Position numbers and translations under genes: made by a program
Part shown: piece after piece, positions 1 to 12,785 of the stretch
How positions within the stretch are numbered: the stretch's first letter is position 1
Layout of the letters: every line of letters starts with the position of its first letter
Source: Massalongia carnosa
Lineage: Eukaryota
Reading direction: 5' to 3'
NCBI GenBank assembly: GCA_965645245.1
Contig: OZ287068.1
Coordinates: 2,728,001-2,792,000 of the forward strand
DNA length: 64,000 bases
The notes under the pieces: model-generated
Seen by the model: only the letters and a program-made list of their open reading frames with translations
Databases searched by the model: none
Told to the model about the DNA's origin: nothing

Positions 1-485
1 TTTGTGCAGAAGGATCAATTCTTAAAATACATCCTATATTTAATTGGTGGATACATGTAAAATTGGACTTCCGGAAGATTATGTAAGATTATATAATAAA
101 TTGTTTTTCATCATCGCATTTGTTGAATAGACATTATCGCCTAAACACGTATACAAATCTCATAGCTACCATTATCCTAGCCTACAGAGTACTTCTTAAC
201 ACTACTCCTCCCTTAACTCGGCCAGGCTGGCAAATGATGGCTTACCTCTTACCTTTCAAATGTTATCGACTTCTGTATGATGCTTTTTGCTTTCGATCGG
301 CCGTAAACTGAATGGTTCAGAGTCTGTGGCTAAACGTACGCCAAGTCTTGAGGGCGTCTAGGTATTACAATTCATTCACCTATTATATTGAACCTGCGTT
401 AGGGCGTTCGCTTTCTTTCCTCTTTTCCCCTCGTTCTGATACGTACAAGAATGTTATCAATCATGTTTAAAACGCAATCGGCATT

Positions 486-554
486 TGTCGCCCAGAAGTG
501 CTCGGTTTTTTGTACATCAACCCCAAGAAAAAACTCGAGCACTTCTGGGCGACA
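486..554. repeat. Hairpin / foldback micro-element (19-bp perfect stem)
   Basis: TGTCGCCCAGAAGTGCTCG (486-504) is the reverse complement of CGAGCACTTCTGGGCGACA (536-554); T-run/A-run extends the stem. Confidence 0.8.
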
Positions 555-2509
555 CGAGTAGATATTGTCTTGTTTCTGTCGCTGTATTCATGTTGCAGGT
601 CTGATTCCTACAGACATTCAAAACAAAGCAACAGTCGAGAATTCTAGTCAGCCCCTAAACCTCAACATGTCTCTGGCCAAGGATGGGCGTGTGCAAAAGC
701 CACATCATCTGGGCGAGCACACAGGTCGGGATTTCTTGGATAGAGTTGAGAGTCGACCATTGAAAACATTCTTAACGTATACTTGCCATTTCGGCTTTAC
801 GAGTTGATACCGTCCTAGCAACCGTTAAGATCACATAGCGATCTTCTACAGACCCATAACCTTTATAGGGTATTAGAGCTGGCTATAGATCATCTACAGT
901 CTGTCAAGATCTCTCATCTGCTGATGATTCTGGAGTATTATGGAGGACTTTGATTGCAGATACACATCATGATAAACCAGCTACCGATATTCCGGCCGGA
1001 TGTTTCACGACTGGCTAATGTCCTTATTATGAAAGACCTGCCACTAGGTTTCGGAATTTAATTCCCTTGAATTCATAAGATCGACCAAGAGAACAAGATC
1101 GTGAGCTCAAAATATTGGACAACAGCGGCTCGGGGCCTGACCCAGACATTATAGCCATGCCTTAAACAGTAAATCAGGTGGGACTTATCAAAATATTGTA
1201 CATAACAGCATGGAATACAAACATAACATGCACCAGGGGCACATCAAGCGGCGGCTGTTTTGAACGAGTAACTCCCTCTTAGGACTAGACTCCGAGTCAC
1301 TTCGCGTCGACGACAAAGTGGTTATTGCAACAGGCTCAGATGTGCCGCTGATTCTGAGATCGGTGGCCGGCAGACCCAATGCCTTTTAATTTCTTGGTCA
1401 AGCATACGTTCACGGGACCATGCACGGAGAGGCGCTGAAATTTTTTTTTTGAAATCCATTCATCTTTCGAAAACATTGCCCTTGTGTGGTTGAAATTAGT
1501 GAGTTTAGACAACAACCAGCTTCTTCCCCTATTTCCCCGGCCACCTGGCATAAGGCCATAAAAGCAAGAGCTTTACTAGCGATGGTCTGTTTGACAGTCA
1601 AATATTTGAAATCCACGAGCATTCTCAGACGTGCAGATATATCTCTCCCGACAACAGCCCAGGACGGGCGGAAACTATAACGTCTCGGGCACTCTTATCA
1701 CACCTACAGAGTAAGCACGTTACTCTATAGAGATACTTCGAAGTGCTCACTATCGGGGCGAGGCCTTTCTAGCTAAAAGATGGAAGGTGGGTGCCCTAGG
1801 ATCGGACGATCGTGCTTGCAGTAGCCACCTTATGCCCGAAAAGGCTTATTTAACAGACCCAAAGTGCTCGCCATGAGGGATATGTTGACTCTACCACCAT
1901 GTCACACGTCCACACCATTTCAGCGTTAATAAACTTAGTTGAGCCAGTGTCTCTGTCAGGGAAATGAGATAACGAGACGGTGGGTGCAATGACTAAACTT
2001 GAAAAGTAGCAGAATATAGAAACAGACAGTAAATGAGGAGTGAATAGGTTCTTTTGCTTTATAGCCCGAATGAGGGGAGCCGAACCCGAAGGGGCAAATA
2101 CCACAACTGTTTTTACGAACCGAACTGCGCATAAGCGTTGATGTTATAGAGACGTTAAAAGAACGTATGTGTTCAACGGATAAGAAACTTAAGAGTATAT
2201 TAGGCCTGATATGGGACACGCATAAAAGTTTCAATATATAGTTTTAAAACGCTAGCTCTCTTTTTCTCTCGATTCTACGAACACTTCCCTCACAATTATT
2301 GTATATAGACTCAGCAGGTCTCTATTATCAAAAATCCCTTGAAGGTAATAAATGTTCAAGATTTGAGACTGTTAAATAAACAGTTGACGGCATAATGTTG
2401 AAATTACTACGGAGGTGACTGCTTATAGCAGTCATGGCAGCCTGTAGGGCTAAGCTAGAACTAATGGGGCTAAGCGAGTATTCCAACAGAGACAACGGAG
2501 GATTTTAAG

Positions 2510-2835
2510 TCCCTCTCTTTTCCAGTCCCTACTCCCTTCCAATCCCTACTCCATTTTAGTCCCTACTCCCTCTCAGTCTCTATTCCCTTCTAGTTTCTAC
2601 TCCCTCTCAGTCCCTACTCCCTTTCAGTTCCTACTCCATTTTAGTCCCTACTCCCTCCCTGTCAGTCTATATTCCCTTTCAGTTCCTGCTCCCTCTCAGT
2701 CCCTACTCCCTTCCAGTCCCTACTTCATTTTAGTTCATACACTCCCTTTTAGTCCCTATGTTCTTTGAATTCTTACGCTGAATCCCTTCCCTATGCTCTT
2801 TTAGTCCCTACACTCTTGAAATTCCTGCTCCCTTT
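2510..2835. repeat. Degenerate ~17-18 bp minisatellite (AGTCCCTACTCCCTTYC-like)
   Basis: Repeated agtccctactcc.. units visible across ~320 bp. Confidence 0.85.
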
Positions 2836-3146
2836 CAGTCAGCTGATTTCAGTACCTGGCATCGGTTGCCCGTTTTAACGTGAGGATTAGTGACGAAATA
2901 TATTAATAACAAGTGCAGGCGCTAAACCAAATTCGACATGTTCGTGAGAGATGATGTTTTGACCAAGCCCATTTCCTAATCCGTCGCTGCTATTGTATTA
3001 TTCTGCGAATTGAATTAGAAAAAATATTTAAATACCCCGCTGAATTCAAGCTAAACCGTATTTGATTGAAAAGAGAAGAATTCTCTGTTGACAGCACAAC
3101 ACTAAATGCGGAGACACTTCGTAAAAGCCTTGCCCTACTAGAAATC

Positions 3147-3527
3147 TGTCACGGTTCAACCACATCTACCCAAGGCCAATCAAAGGAAAGTACGGCATCT
3201 GCCGGCGCACTAACCGCTTCCGTTACTCAACCCTTTTAGCAATCATAGGGGCAATCAACGGAGGTCTGAAAGGACTGAAAGGGACGCATCGGAACGACCT
3301 TCTAAAGCAAACACAAATGGATGAAAGGGACAAAGGGCAGAGAGACTGTTTGAGCAAACTGTTCACTTATTGATGAAGACACAAGCAGCTGGATCGGGCC
3401 AAGCGATTATCTATATAGACTCCTAGAGAGGGCACCCTTTGCTTGTTTCCTTTCTGCATCTTTGATATTTTCTAGTGCATAGCTTCCCAGTATATAGTCA
3501 ATTCCACATCCTGGTAGAACCGTCACA
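3147..3527. mobile_element. Solo LTR (Gypsy-type termini)
   Basis: Starts TGTCACGGTTC, ends GAACCGTCACA (imperfect inverted termini, TG...CA); 5-bp direct repeat AAATC at 3142-3146 and 3528-3532. Confidence 0.85.
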
Positions 3528-3570
3528 AAATCCTTCGTCTAATGTCACTAAACTAGCTCTTTCGAACTGA

Positions 3571-5177
3571 TGTGACAGAAGTTAAAGCGTGAATAGATTC
3601 AATTTGATACAGAAGAAACTGACCTGACTCAGCTTGTCTAATAGTAATCGCGAGAAATGCAAATACGAAAATAAATGCAAGTTCAATTACGAGTTCAAGC
3701 TCACGTTCGAAGCATCTTATCGCGAATCATGCTCATACTTAGAAACATCGAAGGATTGCCTCAAAGAATAACAGTGTAAAGTCTCGCGCGAAGCTGTAGC
3801 GAGTAAGAACGATGTCAACACAAAACAATCACAGTCTATCGCTAAATCAGGATCGCAGATCGAACTCGAAATCGAAATCGAAATCGAAATCGACTTTCAG
3901 AAGTTGATGTTTCTTATACTGAAGCAGAACGCGGTTTCAAGTTGTGAAGATTGAAAAGTTCTTCAAGATGACTTGAGAATTCATTAGCAAGATGCATACA
4001 GAAATTGAGCAACAGCTTATCAAGAAAGCTAGCAACTTTGAAAAAACTAGTCATGATCAAGATGAAAAGTTAAATGACGCTGAGTTAGAAATAAGGCTGC
4101 GTATCTTTAAGAATAGAACACTTCCCTTTATTCGAACCATTTCTCACTTGGACATCCTGTCGTCCTTGATTTTGGAGACGTCGCTCGGTATCATTTGTAC
4201 AGTTCTTTTTGTTGAGTTTCATGGCAGTGGATGTAACTTGGTGTGTGTCAGGAAAAAGAGGTGTGTGAGTGTTTTCGAGAGAAAGAAGAACAAAACATGA
4301 TTCGCCTTTTGTGAGCACTAAACCACATTATCTCGAGCTAGTTATATACTTTAACTGCTTTTATCAAAGAGATTGATAGTTAGCTGAATAACTAGGGTTA
4401 AGCTAGTAAATGATGTATACCGCCGTTACCGAAATTGCGGAGACGATTTTTAGACGTGTTTCGCGAGTTCGACGATGAAGAACTGAGGATCTAGTTTTTG
4501 AGGTCGAAGGCGGCCGATGAATAGCTTGATAAATGAGACAGTCCTGCTGTCATCTATCGATCATGAATCATTCATCATAAGTCACCTCAACAATCATTAT
4601 GATCATCCTTCATATCAGCATCATGGGTCATCCGCTGTGAGTCACTCATCATATCAGCGATCATTCGTCGTATCAGCAGCATGTTCACCTCAATCATCCT
4701 AGACCACTTGTTATGTCAGCATGAAGGTCATCTTGACGGTCATGTCATACTCACATTGCTTTCAAAAACGAACGACTAAAAACGGCAGGCAAAGGATCAC
4801 AATCAGCTCGGATCTAGGATCTTCACGTCATGTAGTAGTAATCACTAGATAGATTGGGCTTGACCTGCCATTGACGTAAGCTAATTCCAGACCCATCTTC
4901 AGCATCAACACCAGCTCCCCCAGCACCAGCTACCCCAGCATCAGCATCAACCGCTCCAATTCCAGTACCAGCTGCCCTAGCACTAGAGCGCGTGGGGCGC
5001 GATCCTCTTCATTTACTCTCGCATAGTCCTCTCTGATAGCTGGAGGCACATAACGGCTCTTGTTGTGTTCGTGGCCGAACGCTCGAACCGCGCGTTCAGT
5101 ATTATGTATGATGTTGCAAAAGAAAAATTGCCAGAGCCTCTTATTATACATTCTTGTTCTAAGTAGCAATTTCAACA
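3571..5177 (-). mobile_element. Degenerate, hypermutated TE relic (possibly Copia 5' LTR plus gag region)
   Basis: Minus strand begins TGTTGAAATT at 5177 with a possible CACAACA end near 5061; downstream sequence is stop-riddled and strongly CC/GG-depleted; no intact domain recognised. Confidence 0.35.
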
Positions 5178-5359
5178 CTAAACGCTGCTGATGATTTGAT
5201 ACCTTGAAAATCCATTAAGCCCGTATAGACTGAATCACTGTAAGGTAGAGGACGGCGAAACACCAATTCAATTTTCTCCTTCGCATGCTGTTGACTCTTT
5301 AATTAACTTTGATTAAAGGAGAAAGAAAGTTTAAAGATCCATAGTAGACCTTTCATGAC

Positions 5360-8300
5360 TTATCCAAGATGATCCGGTATGGACCTACTCTCAATCCCTG
5401 CCGCCTCGTCAACTTGCCCGTTTGCTTGATAAGCACCGGCGAGCTCATGCTGCGAAGCAAGCCAATCAGGATGATCTTCGGCCAGCTTTTCTTGAACCTT
5501 GACGACGTGCTCGAGCAGCTCGACGGCTTCATCAACTTGCCCGTTTGCTTGATAAGCACCGGCGAGCGCATGCTGCGAAGCAAGTCTGGAGGGATGATCT
5601 TCGGCCAGCTTTTTACGAACCTTGACGACGTGCTCGAGCAGCTCGACGGCTTCATCAACTTGCCCGTTTGCTTGATAAGCACCGGCGAGCTCATGCTGCG
5701 AAGCAAGTCGGGAGGGATGATCTTCGGCCAGCTTTTCTTGAACCTTGACGACGTGCTCGAGCAGCTCGACGGCTTCATCAACTTGCCCGTTTGCTTGATA
5801 AGCACCGGCGAGCTCATGCTGCGAAGCAAGTCGGGAGGGATGATCTTCGGCCAGCTTTTCTTCAACCTTGACGACGTGCTCGAGCAGCTCGACGGCTTCA
5901 TCAACTTGCCCGTTTGCTTGATAAGCACGAGCGAGCTCATGCTGCGAAGCAAGTCGGGAGGGATGATCTTCGGCCAGCTTTTCTTGAACCTTGACGACGT
6001 GCTCGAGCAGCTCGACGGCTTCATCAACTTGCCCGTTTGCTTGATAAGCACCGGCGAGCTCATGCTGCGAAGCAAGTCGGGAGGGATGATCTTCGGCCAG
6101 CTTTTCTTGAACCTTGACGACGTGCTCGAGCAGCTCGACGGCTTCATCAACTTGCCCGTTTGCTTGATAAGCACCGGCGAGCTCATGCTGCGAAGCAAGT
6201 CGGGAGGGATGATCTTCGGCCAGCTTTTCTTCAACCTTGACGACGTGCTCGAGCAGCTCGACGGCTTCATCAACTTGCCCGTTTGCTTGATAAGCACCGG
6301 CGAGCGCATGCTGCGAAGCAAGTCGGGAGGGATGATCTTCGGCCAGCTTTTCTTGAACCTTGACGACCTGCTCGAGCAGCTCGACGGCTTCATCAACTTG
6401 CCCGTTTGCTTGATAAGCACCGGCGAGCGTATGCTGCGAAGCAAGTCGGGAGGGATGATCTTCGGCCAGCTTTTTACGAACCTTGACGACGTGCTCGAGC
6501 AGCTCGACGGCTTCATCAACTTGCCCGTTTGCTTGATAAGCAGCGGCGAGCGCATGCTGCGAAGCAAGTCGGGAGGGATGATCTTCGGCCAGCTTTTTAC
6601 GAACCTTGACGACGTGCTCGAGCAGCTCGACGGCTTCATCAACTTGCCCGTTTGCTTGATAAGCACCGGCGAGCTCATGCTGCGAAGCAAGTCGGGAGGG
6701 ATGATCTTCGGCCAGCTTTTCTTGAACCTTGACGACGTGCTCGAGCAGCTCGACGGCTTCATCAACTTGCCCGTTTGCTTGATAAGCACCGGCGAGCGCA
6801 TGCTGCGAAGCAAGTCTGGAGGGATGATCTTCGGCCAGCTTTTTACGAACCTTGACGACGTGCTCGAGCAGCTCGACGGCTTCATCAACTTGCCCGTTTG
6901 CTTGATAAGCACCGGCGAGCGCATGCTGCGAAGCAAGTCGGGAGGGATGATCTTCGGCCAGCTTTTCTTGAACCTTGACGACGTGCTCGAGCAGCTCGAC
7001 GGCTTCATCAACTTGCCCGTTTGCTTGATAAGCACCGGCGAGCTCATGCTGCGAAGCAAGTCGGGAGGGATGATCTTCGGCCAGCTTTTCTTCAACCTTG
7101 ACGACGTGCTCGAGCAGCTCGACGGCTTCATCAACTTGCCCGTTTGCTTGATAAGCACCGGCGAGCTCATGCTGCGAAGCAAGTCGGTCAGGATGATCTT
7201 CGGCCAGCTTTTCTTCAACCTTGACGACGTGCTCGAGCAGCTCGACGGCTTCATCAACTTGCCCGTTTGCTTGATAAGCACCGGCGAGCTCATGCTGCGA
7301 AGCAAGTCGGGAGGGATGATCTTCGGCCAGCTTTTCTTCAACCTTGACGACGTGCTCGAGCAGCTCGACGGCTTCATCAACTTGCCCGTTTGCTTGATAA
7401 GCACCGGCGAGCTCATGCTGCGAAGCAAGTCGGGAGGGATGATCTTCGGCCAGCTTTTCTTCAACCTTGACGACGTGCTCGAGCAGCTCGACGGCTTCAT
7501 CAACTTGCCCGTTTGCTTGATAAGCACCGGCGAGCGCATGCTGCGAAGCAAGTCGGGAGGGATGATCTTCGGCCAGCTTTTTACGAACCTTGACGACGTG
7601 CTCGAGCAGCTCGACGGCTTCATCAACTTGCCCGTTTGCTTGATAAGCACCGGCGAGCTCATGCTGCGAAGCAAGCCTAGAGGAATTGTCTTCGGCCGAC
7701 GCTCGAGATCGACACTCGACAATGTTTCTGAAAACATTAACCGCCTCTTCATGTTTCCCCTGTTGCAATGATACTCGTCCAGCAAAAAGTTTGATTTGTA
7801 GTGCTACTTCCTGATCGGCTCTATATTTACTTTGCAGCCTCAAGCGGATGCGTTGAACAAGAAAAGCAAACGAGCTATCATTCATGGTATAGAGAACGTA
7901 CGCAAGTTGGAAAAGTATTTGAGCAGCTTCGATATCGGACATAGTCTGTGTGTATTCTTCGATTTCGTGGTTCACACAGGCTCGCACGTGAGGTAGGAGA
8001 AAGATAAAAAAAGGACAATAGGAGTACCATCCCTGACATGATAGCGCGACGATGGTCGCGGCTGACTGCCACGCTCTATATCGACTTTGATTGTCTTGCC
8101 GCTCTTTAGCCCATGCATGCACCAGAGAATGCGCGGTAATAGTGATAGAATCGTCATTCTCGTGCACGGTGATGATCGACAAAGATTCCAAGATTGTACA
8201 AGCTTTGCGCCATCGCAAGCGGTCTTGAAGCCTAGACCATCCCTGCTGAGCATATTCCGGCAGCCTCGCGACGTGACGCACGGATAAAGATAAGACTTCG

Positions 8301-10951
8301 TCGTCATTACTTGTCCCCGTCTCCTTGAGCTCGGAGGCATATTCAGAAGCTTTCCGAAATATCGTCTCAGAAATTCCACTGTTATGCATGAACGCAAGAG
8401 TATGAAGAAAGTTCAAAGAATTCAAATTCTCTGACAGTTTAGAGTTATGAAGATATTCTGCGGAAACCTCGAATGTCGTATACACATTGCGATACACTGA
8501 CAGGTTTTGCTTTGAGTGAAACTTCAGAAGCTGCCCTCTTTGCTGCTGAAAGATGATCGGATACTGCTCGAGAGTACACAACTTTTGCCTGATAAACGCG
8601 CCTGCTTGAATAATTGCAAGCGTATGTGATTCAAGGATTCTGACAACCGCCATAGCAGCTTTCTCTTTTTCCTTCCACCGAGTCTCTGTTATACAGCTAG
8701 CCCGGAGTAGGAGTTCCCGGGCAAGCTCAGGCTCGAGACCACTCAGCGTTTCACGTCCCACGGTGTTGTATGTAGCGCATTCTAGATTGCGTGTAGTGAG
8801 CAAGATATCGCCTCTCCTACTAGGTGGCATATATTCGGAGTAGTCAATTTCTAGATTATCAGCATTGTCGAGGATTAGAAGCCACCGTTGACTACTGCAG
8901 GCTAGCCATGACTTCACATTTTCAAGGGTCGGTTCAGTTACACCGCACCGTCGCCCTATCTCGATATATCCCTGCTCAGCCGTGGTGGTAGTCCTAACGT
9001 CAAGCCAGAAAACCCCCCAGTACCTAGCTTGTCAGCAGGATATCGGCAAGGCGTTTAATTTCACTTACTCGTCTCGATGATCTTCGGCAAACTTCAGACA
9101 GACTTCGCTCTTGCCTGTACCACCAATACCGATGATGACGAAAAGTCTTTGTTGTTTCGCAGGCTTCGAGACATCAAATGAAAGCACTTGAGCAAGGCGC
9201 TCCGCAATCTCTCCTCGTCCAGTATAGACACGGCTGGCGGAACGAGGCACCATCCATTGGCTGGCCGTTTTATAATCTGTGTACATTATATGGAGCTGTT
9301 AGGTGGTCACTGGTCTTGTAGTAAATCGAAGGTCTGCGTTCATAGCGGACAAGGGGGCTCAATATGTTATGAGATTACTGACCGGTGGAGTCTGACCACG
9401 CTGTTGTTTTGGGGTCTTGTAATGTGGGTCTCGGTTAGATTTGAAGCACGGTTAGCGGCGAGAGGACTGACTAAAGACTGCATTGTAGAAGTTTCCTTGG
9501 ACCACTTGGCTGGTCCGAGCATGACTGTCACCAAACTGATTCGAGACCTGCTCGGCCATCGTACCCGACGTCAGCCGTTTGCGGTCACCCATCTCGGTCC
9601 TTATGCCGGTCGAAGTATCTTCTCGCTGATCTATGACTTTATTCACCGCTGACAAAAACAAGAAGATCAGCTTTTGAGTATCTAAAAAACGAATTCAAGG
9701 CGAAGGAATCCTGAGCTCTCGACAACACCCACTAAAAGTGGTTGCGACGTCTTAAGTAAAATCACCGGGGGATATGAACAAAGACTCGAGCCTAACCTGA
9801 TTGTCGATCATTCCCCAATGTTCTGCGAACTGACTTTTCCCAGCGCTGAAGTTCACCTAGAATGGCGTCGTATCCGTGATCTTCTCGGTTTGAGAACTTT
9901 GTCATGTCCTATGATGATTAGCAAATAGAACAACCGATGACATCACCCGAATTACCATGTGATTTGCGTGAATGCCATAACAGCTATAGCCCCTAATCTC
10001 TGCCGAATGTAAAGGCACAATCTAGACGAATCAGGATCAACGTCTAGTGTGATTCATTGACATTCATACTTCTCCAACCCCTATAACACCAAGTTCTTCA
10101 TAGAAACATGTGATTGAGATCTCAGACCCTTCATCCTTCCTTAGTCTGAGGATGTTTTGAAATTCATTTCCCACCATGCGAAGCATTTCGGATCCTGGCT
10201 TCAATACTCCTACGATGTCTGAGTTTGAGCGTTTGAGGAGATTGATCATTCGTGTCCCGAAGCTTGCCCATGATGCTAAATCAGACCCACAATGCGGAAC
10301 TCCCAGAAAGACTATCCCAGCCGTGCAGCGCTCGATCTGACGAAGGAACTTATCTGCGGTATTCCTCGAATAGCCGAGAGCGTGCTCAATAACAAGTCCA
10401 CCCAGACTGTGAGCAATAAATAGAATCTTTCTGGCTTCTGAATTCGTTCTCTCTCGCTTTCGCACAAGATCGCCAACCATATTCTCAGCATGATTGCTCA
10501 GTCGACTGTTTGATGCTGGGTTCCAGAAATTGACGATATCTGCGTCATAGCCAAAGCTCAAAATGCGTGCATCCGGCAAGTCTTGTTTCAGAAGTTCGCT
10601 CGGCCAATGCATCCTTGTGCCCTTGTCCTTATGAAGCCAGGTGTTATACGCATTGCCCGTCAACCCGTGCACGAACACGATATCGACACTCGCCTCCACG
10701 CCACCATCGTACAGCACTTTGACGCCATAGTTCTGGCCTTCTCCGATGGGTGCTGGAGAAGCTTGTATATTTGTAGCAGTCGATGTCGGACCGATGATCG
10801 TCTGGGATAGTTGGACGGCTAGGTCTTGCGATTCGGCGGCTTGTGAGGAGGATCCGCAGGGCTGTTCAGGTATCGGCGGGGGAGGCGTCGGCAGTGATGA
10901 TTGCGACCTTGATTCTCTTGAGCGGAAAAGGCCTTTAAGCTTAAACGGCAT
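5360..10951 (-). CDS. Fungal NLR: SesB-like alpha/beta hydrolase + NB-ARC + TPR array (~1713 aa, 7 exons)
   Basis: Model 10951-10070, 10021-9956, 9908-9797, 9648-9472, 9415-9383, 9276-9069, 9023-5360 (all GT-AG, total 5142 nt, frame-consistent; exon 5 least certain). Hydrolase motifs FVHGLTG, AHSLGG, HANHMDMTKF; Walker A GIGGTGKS; WLLILDNAD; ILLTTRN; LAIIQAGAFI; HSLVHAW; 41-aa TPR repeats. Confidence 0.9.
5400..7680 (-). repeat. 123-bp tandem array encoding 18 full + 1 partial TPR units
   Basis: Unit SRLASQH[E/A/T]LAGAYQANGQVDEAVELLEHVVKV[RK/EE/QE]KLAEDHP; LASQH occurs 19 times. Confidence 0.97.
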
Positions 10952-12208
10952 CTCAATTCAAGACTTTGCGATCTTGTAGTTGGAAAAGTGTACGATCCAT
11001 CTAAGAAAAGAAATTCGCAGCTTTGTACTGCACCTTGGCGCAAGCAAGAAGAGGTAATACTCGTCTGATTGGCTAGACAAATCGATCAATAGCGCTTCAT
11101 TTATTCAACTATTGGCTCGAGACGTCTAAAAGGAGCTGACTCATCACGACAGTCATGGTAGCCTGCAGGGCTGAGCTAGAGCTAATGGGGTTAAGCGATT
11201 ATTCCAAGCATACGAAGGAGTTGAAAATGGTTTCCGCTATTGCTTTCGAAAGCTAGGCACAGATTTTGATCGAATACCATGCTCTGTGTGACACATCTTC
11301 ATAGACCGTTTTTTTGTTCTTCTCCTTTCTTTCTCCTTTCTCCTTTCTCCTTTCTCCTAATCTTTCTTCAATCCGGCGACTTCTTAATTCCCGGCTCTGT
11401 TCTTAACTCACCTATATTCCTCTCTAATTGCTCTTCTCAATATTATAAATGTGGTCGACGATTTATCTCTCTCATGAGCCAACATTATATGGAATACCGC
11501 GGTAACGGCTTCTATATCGAGAAAAGAGAGTGGATCAAAATTCCAGTGCATTGTTGCGATTGCATTTAGAAGAACTTATCCTCTTTGACAAGGAATTCCA
11601 GAAGGACTACAACGACGCCAGTCAGATAGAGATCATCAACTCCTACGCATATATATTTGGAAGGGGCTAGTGTCACTTGCAGTGATCGTTGTTTTGAGAT
11701 CAAGTTCCGTGAGCTACGACCCATATGGATGGTTGGAGGAAGCTAATTCAACAGCGGTAGGTGCCGAGGCAGCTGATGTAAAGTATCAGAAAGGGTCTAT
11801 GAACTAATTTGTCGATAATTATTTCTACGGGAGGAGCATTACTTGGCTTGTAGAGATTTTTCTTTGTCTCCTGAAATAGCTACTCCTAGACGCGGATTTA
11901 GTCTTATCACCATAGGGGATGGAAGTTTCGGATAAGGTGAACATATAAAATTCTCTATATTGTGTCAGAACGTTTCTCTGCTTGGGTTAGAATATATTTG
12001 CGGGACGGTAAGTGGACGAGAGAGAAGACGAGAGGGTGAACGAGAAGGAGGAGATATAGGTCTTCGTGGTGATGTTGGTGGTATTATACGATGCTGATGC
12101 GGGCGATGAGGGTGGCGGGTCAGAACATGAGACACGTGAAGTCGCTTAGCAATATTTAATCTAAGTGATCAGACATTTTCGAGCGGTTGCCCGATCGCAG
12201 CGACATCA
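9264..12208 (-). repeat. Left arm of large inverted duplication (matches 58639-64000)
   Basis: Identical 295-aa and 69-aa ORFs on opposite strands; left = 73264 - right across the coding part; homology ends at TGATGTCGCTG (12208 / 58639). Confidence 0.97.
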
Positions 12209-12785
12209 GCTATCTCTTGCACCATCGGAACTATCGAAAAATGAAGGCATGAAACTAGGGATGGCGAGGGCATGGAAGGAGACAAAGATTGGTTGCGTTC
12301 TTTGTACAAAGGGGGCCTACTGCTTTTGATGTAGATTAAACGTATAATAGAAGCTGAAACAACAGGCAGTCATCATAATGGATTATTTAGCTGATTCATT
12401 AAAATCGTGTCAGTATCCGTCAAGCAAGGCTGCACAACATGCACAACATGCACAAAATTTGTTTGGCATACAAGATGGCATCACTTCATTGAGCAAACCA
12501 ACACGGCGCTCTTCGCTCAAGAAAGCTGCCCGCAGTTATTGATCCTTCATGTTAACGACTTGTTGATATGATCGCGAAGGGCTATCGCAATGTCAGGAAT
12601 CTTTCGAGGACGGCCTCGGCGTTTCAACATCGCAAACTATCATTTCTTGATAGCCTTTTTAGGCTTTCCTCTGCCTCTTTTAATTAGAATCGAAGACGCT
12701 TCCGCGGGCATCGCAGAATGGGAAGATATTGAAGTCAACTGACGTTCATAAATCTTTGACAAGATTTTTGATCTTGATCATGACA

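Noticed and set aside
121..480. Possible solo LTR starting TGTTGAAT with GCATT on both sides
   Set aside because: The 3' end is ATCG, not CA; evidence too weak.
5400..7680. CRISPR-like array
   Set aside because: Contiguous coding repeats with no unique spacers; eukaryotic context.
5353..7785. 810-aa (-) and 800-aa (+) overlapping ORFs
   Set aside because: Shadows of the 123-bp repeat, which lacks stops in three frames; they end where the array ends.
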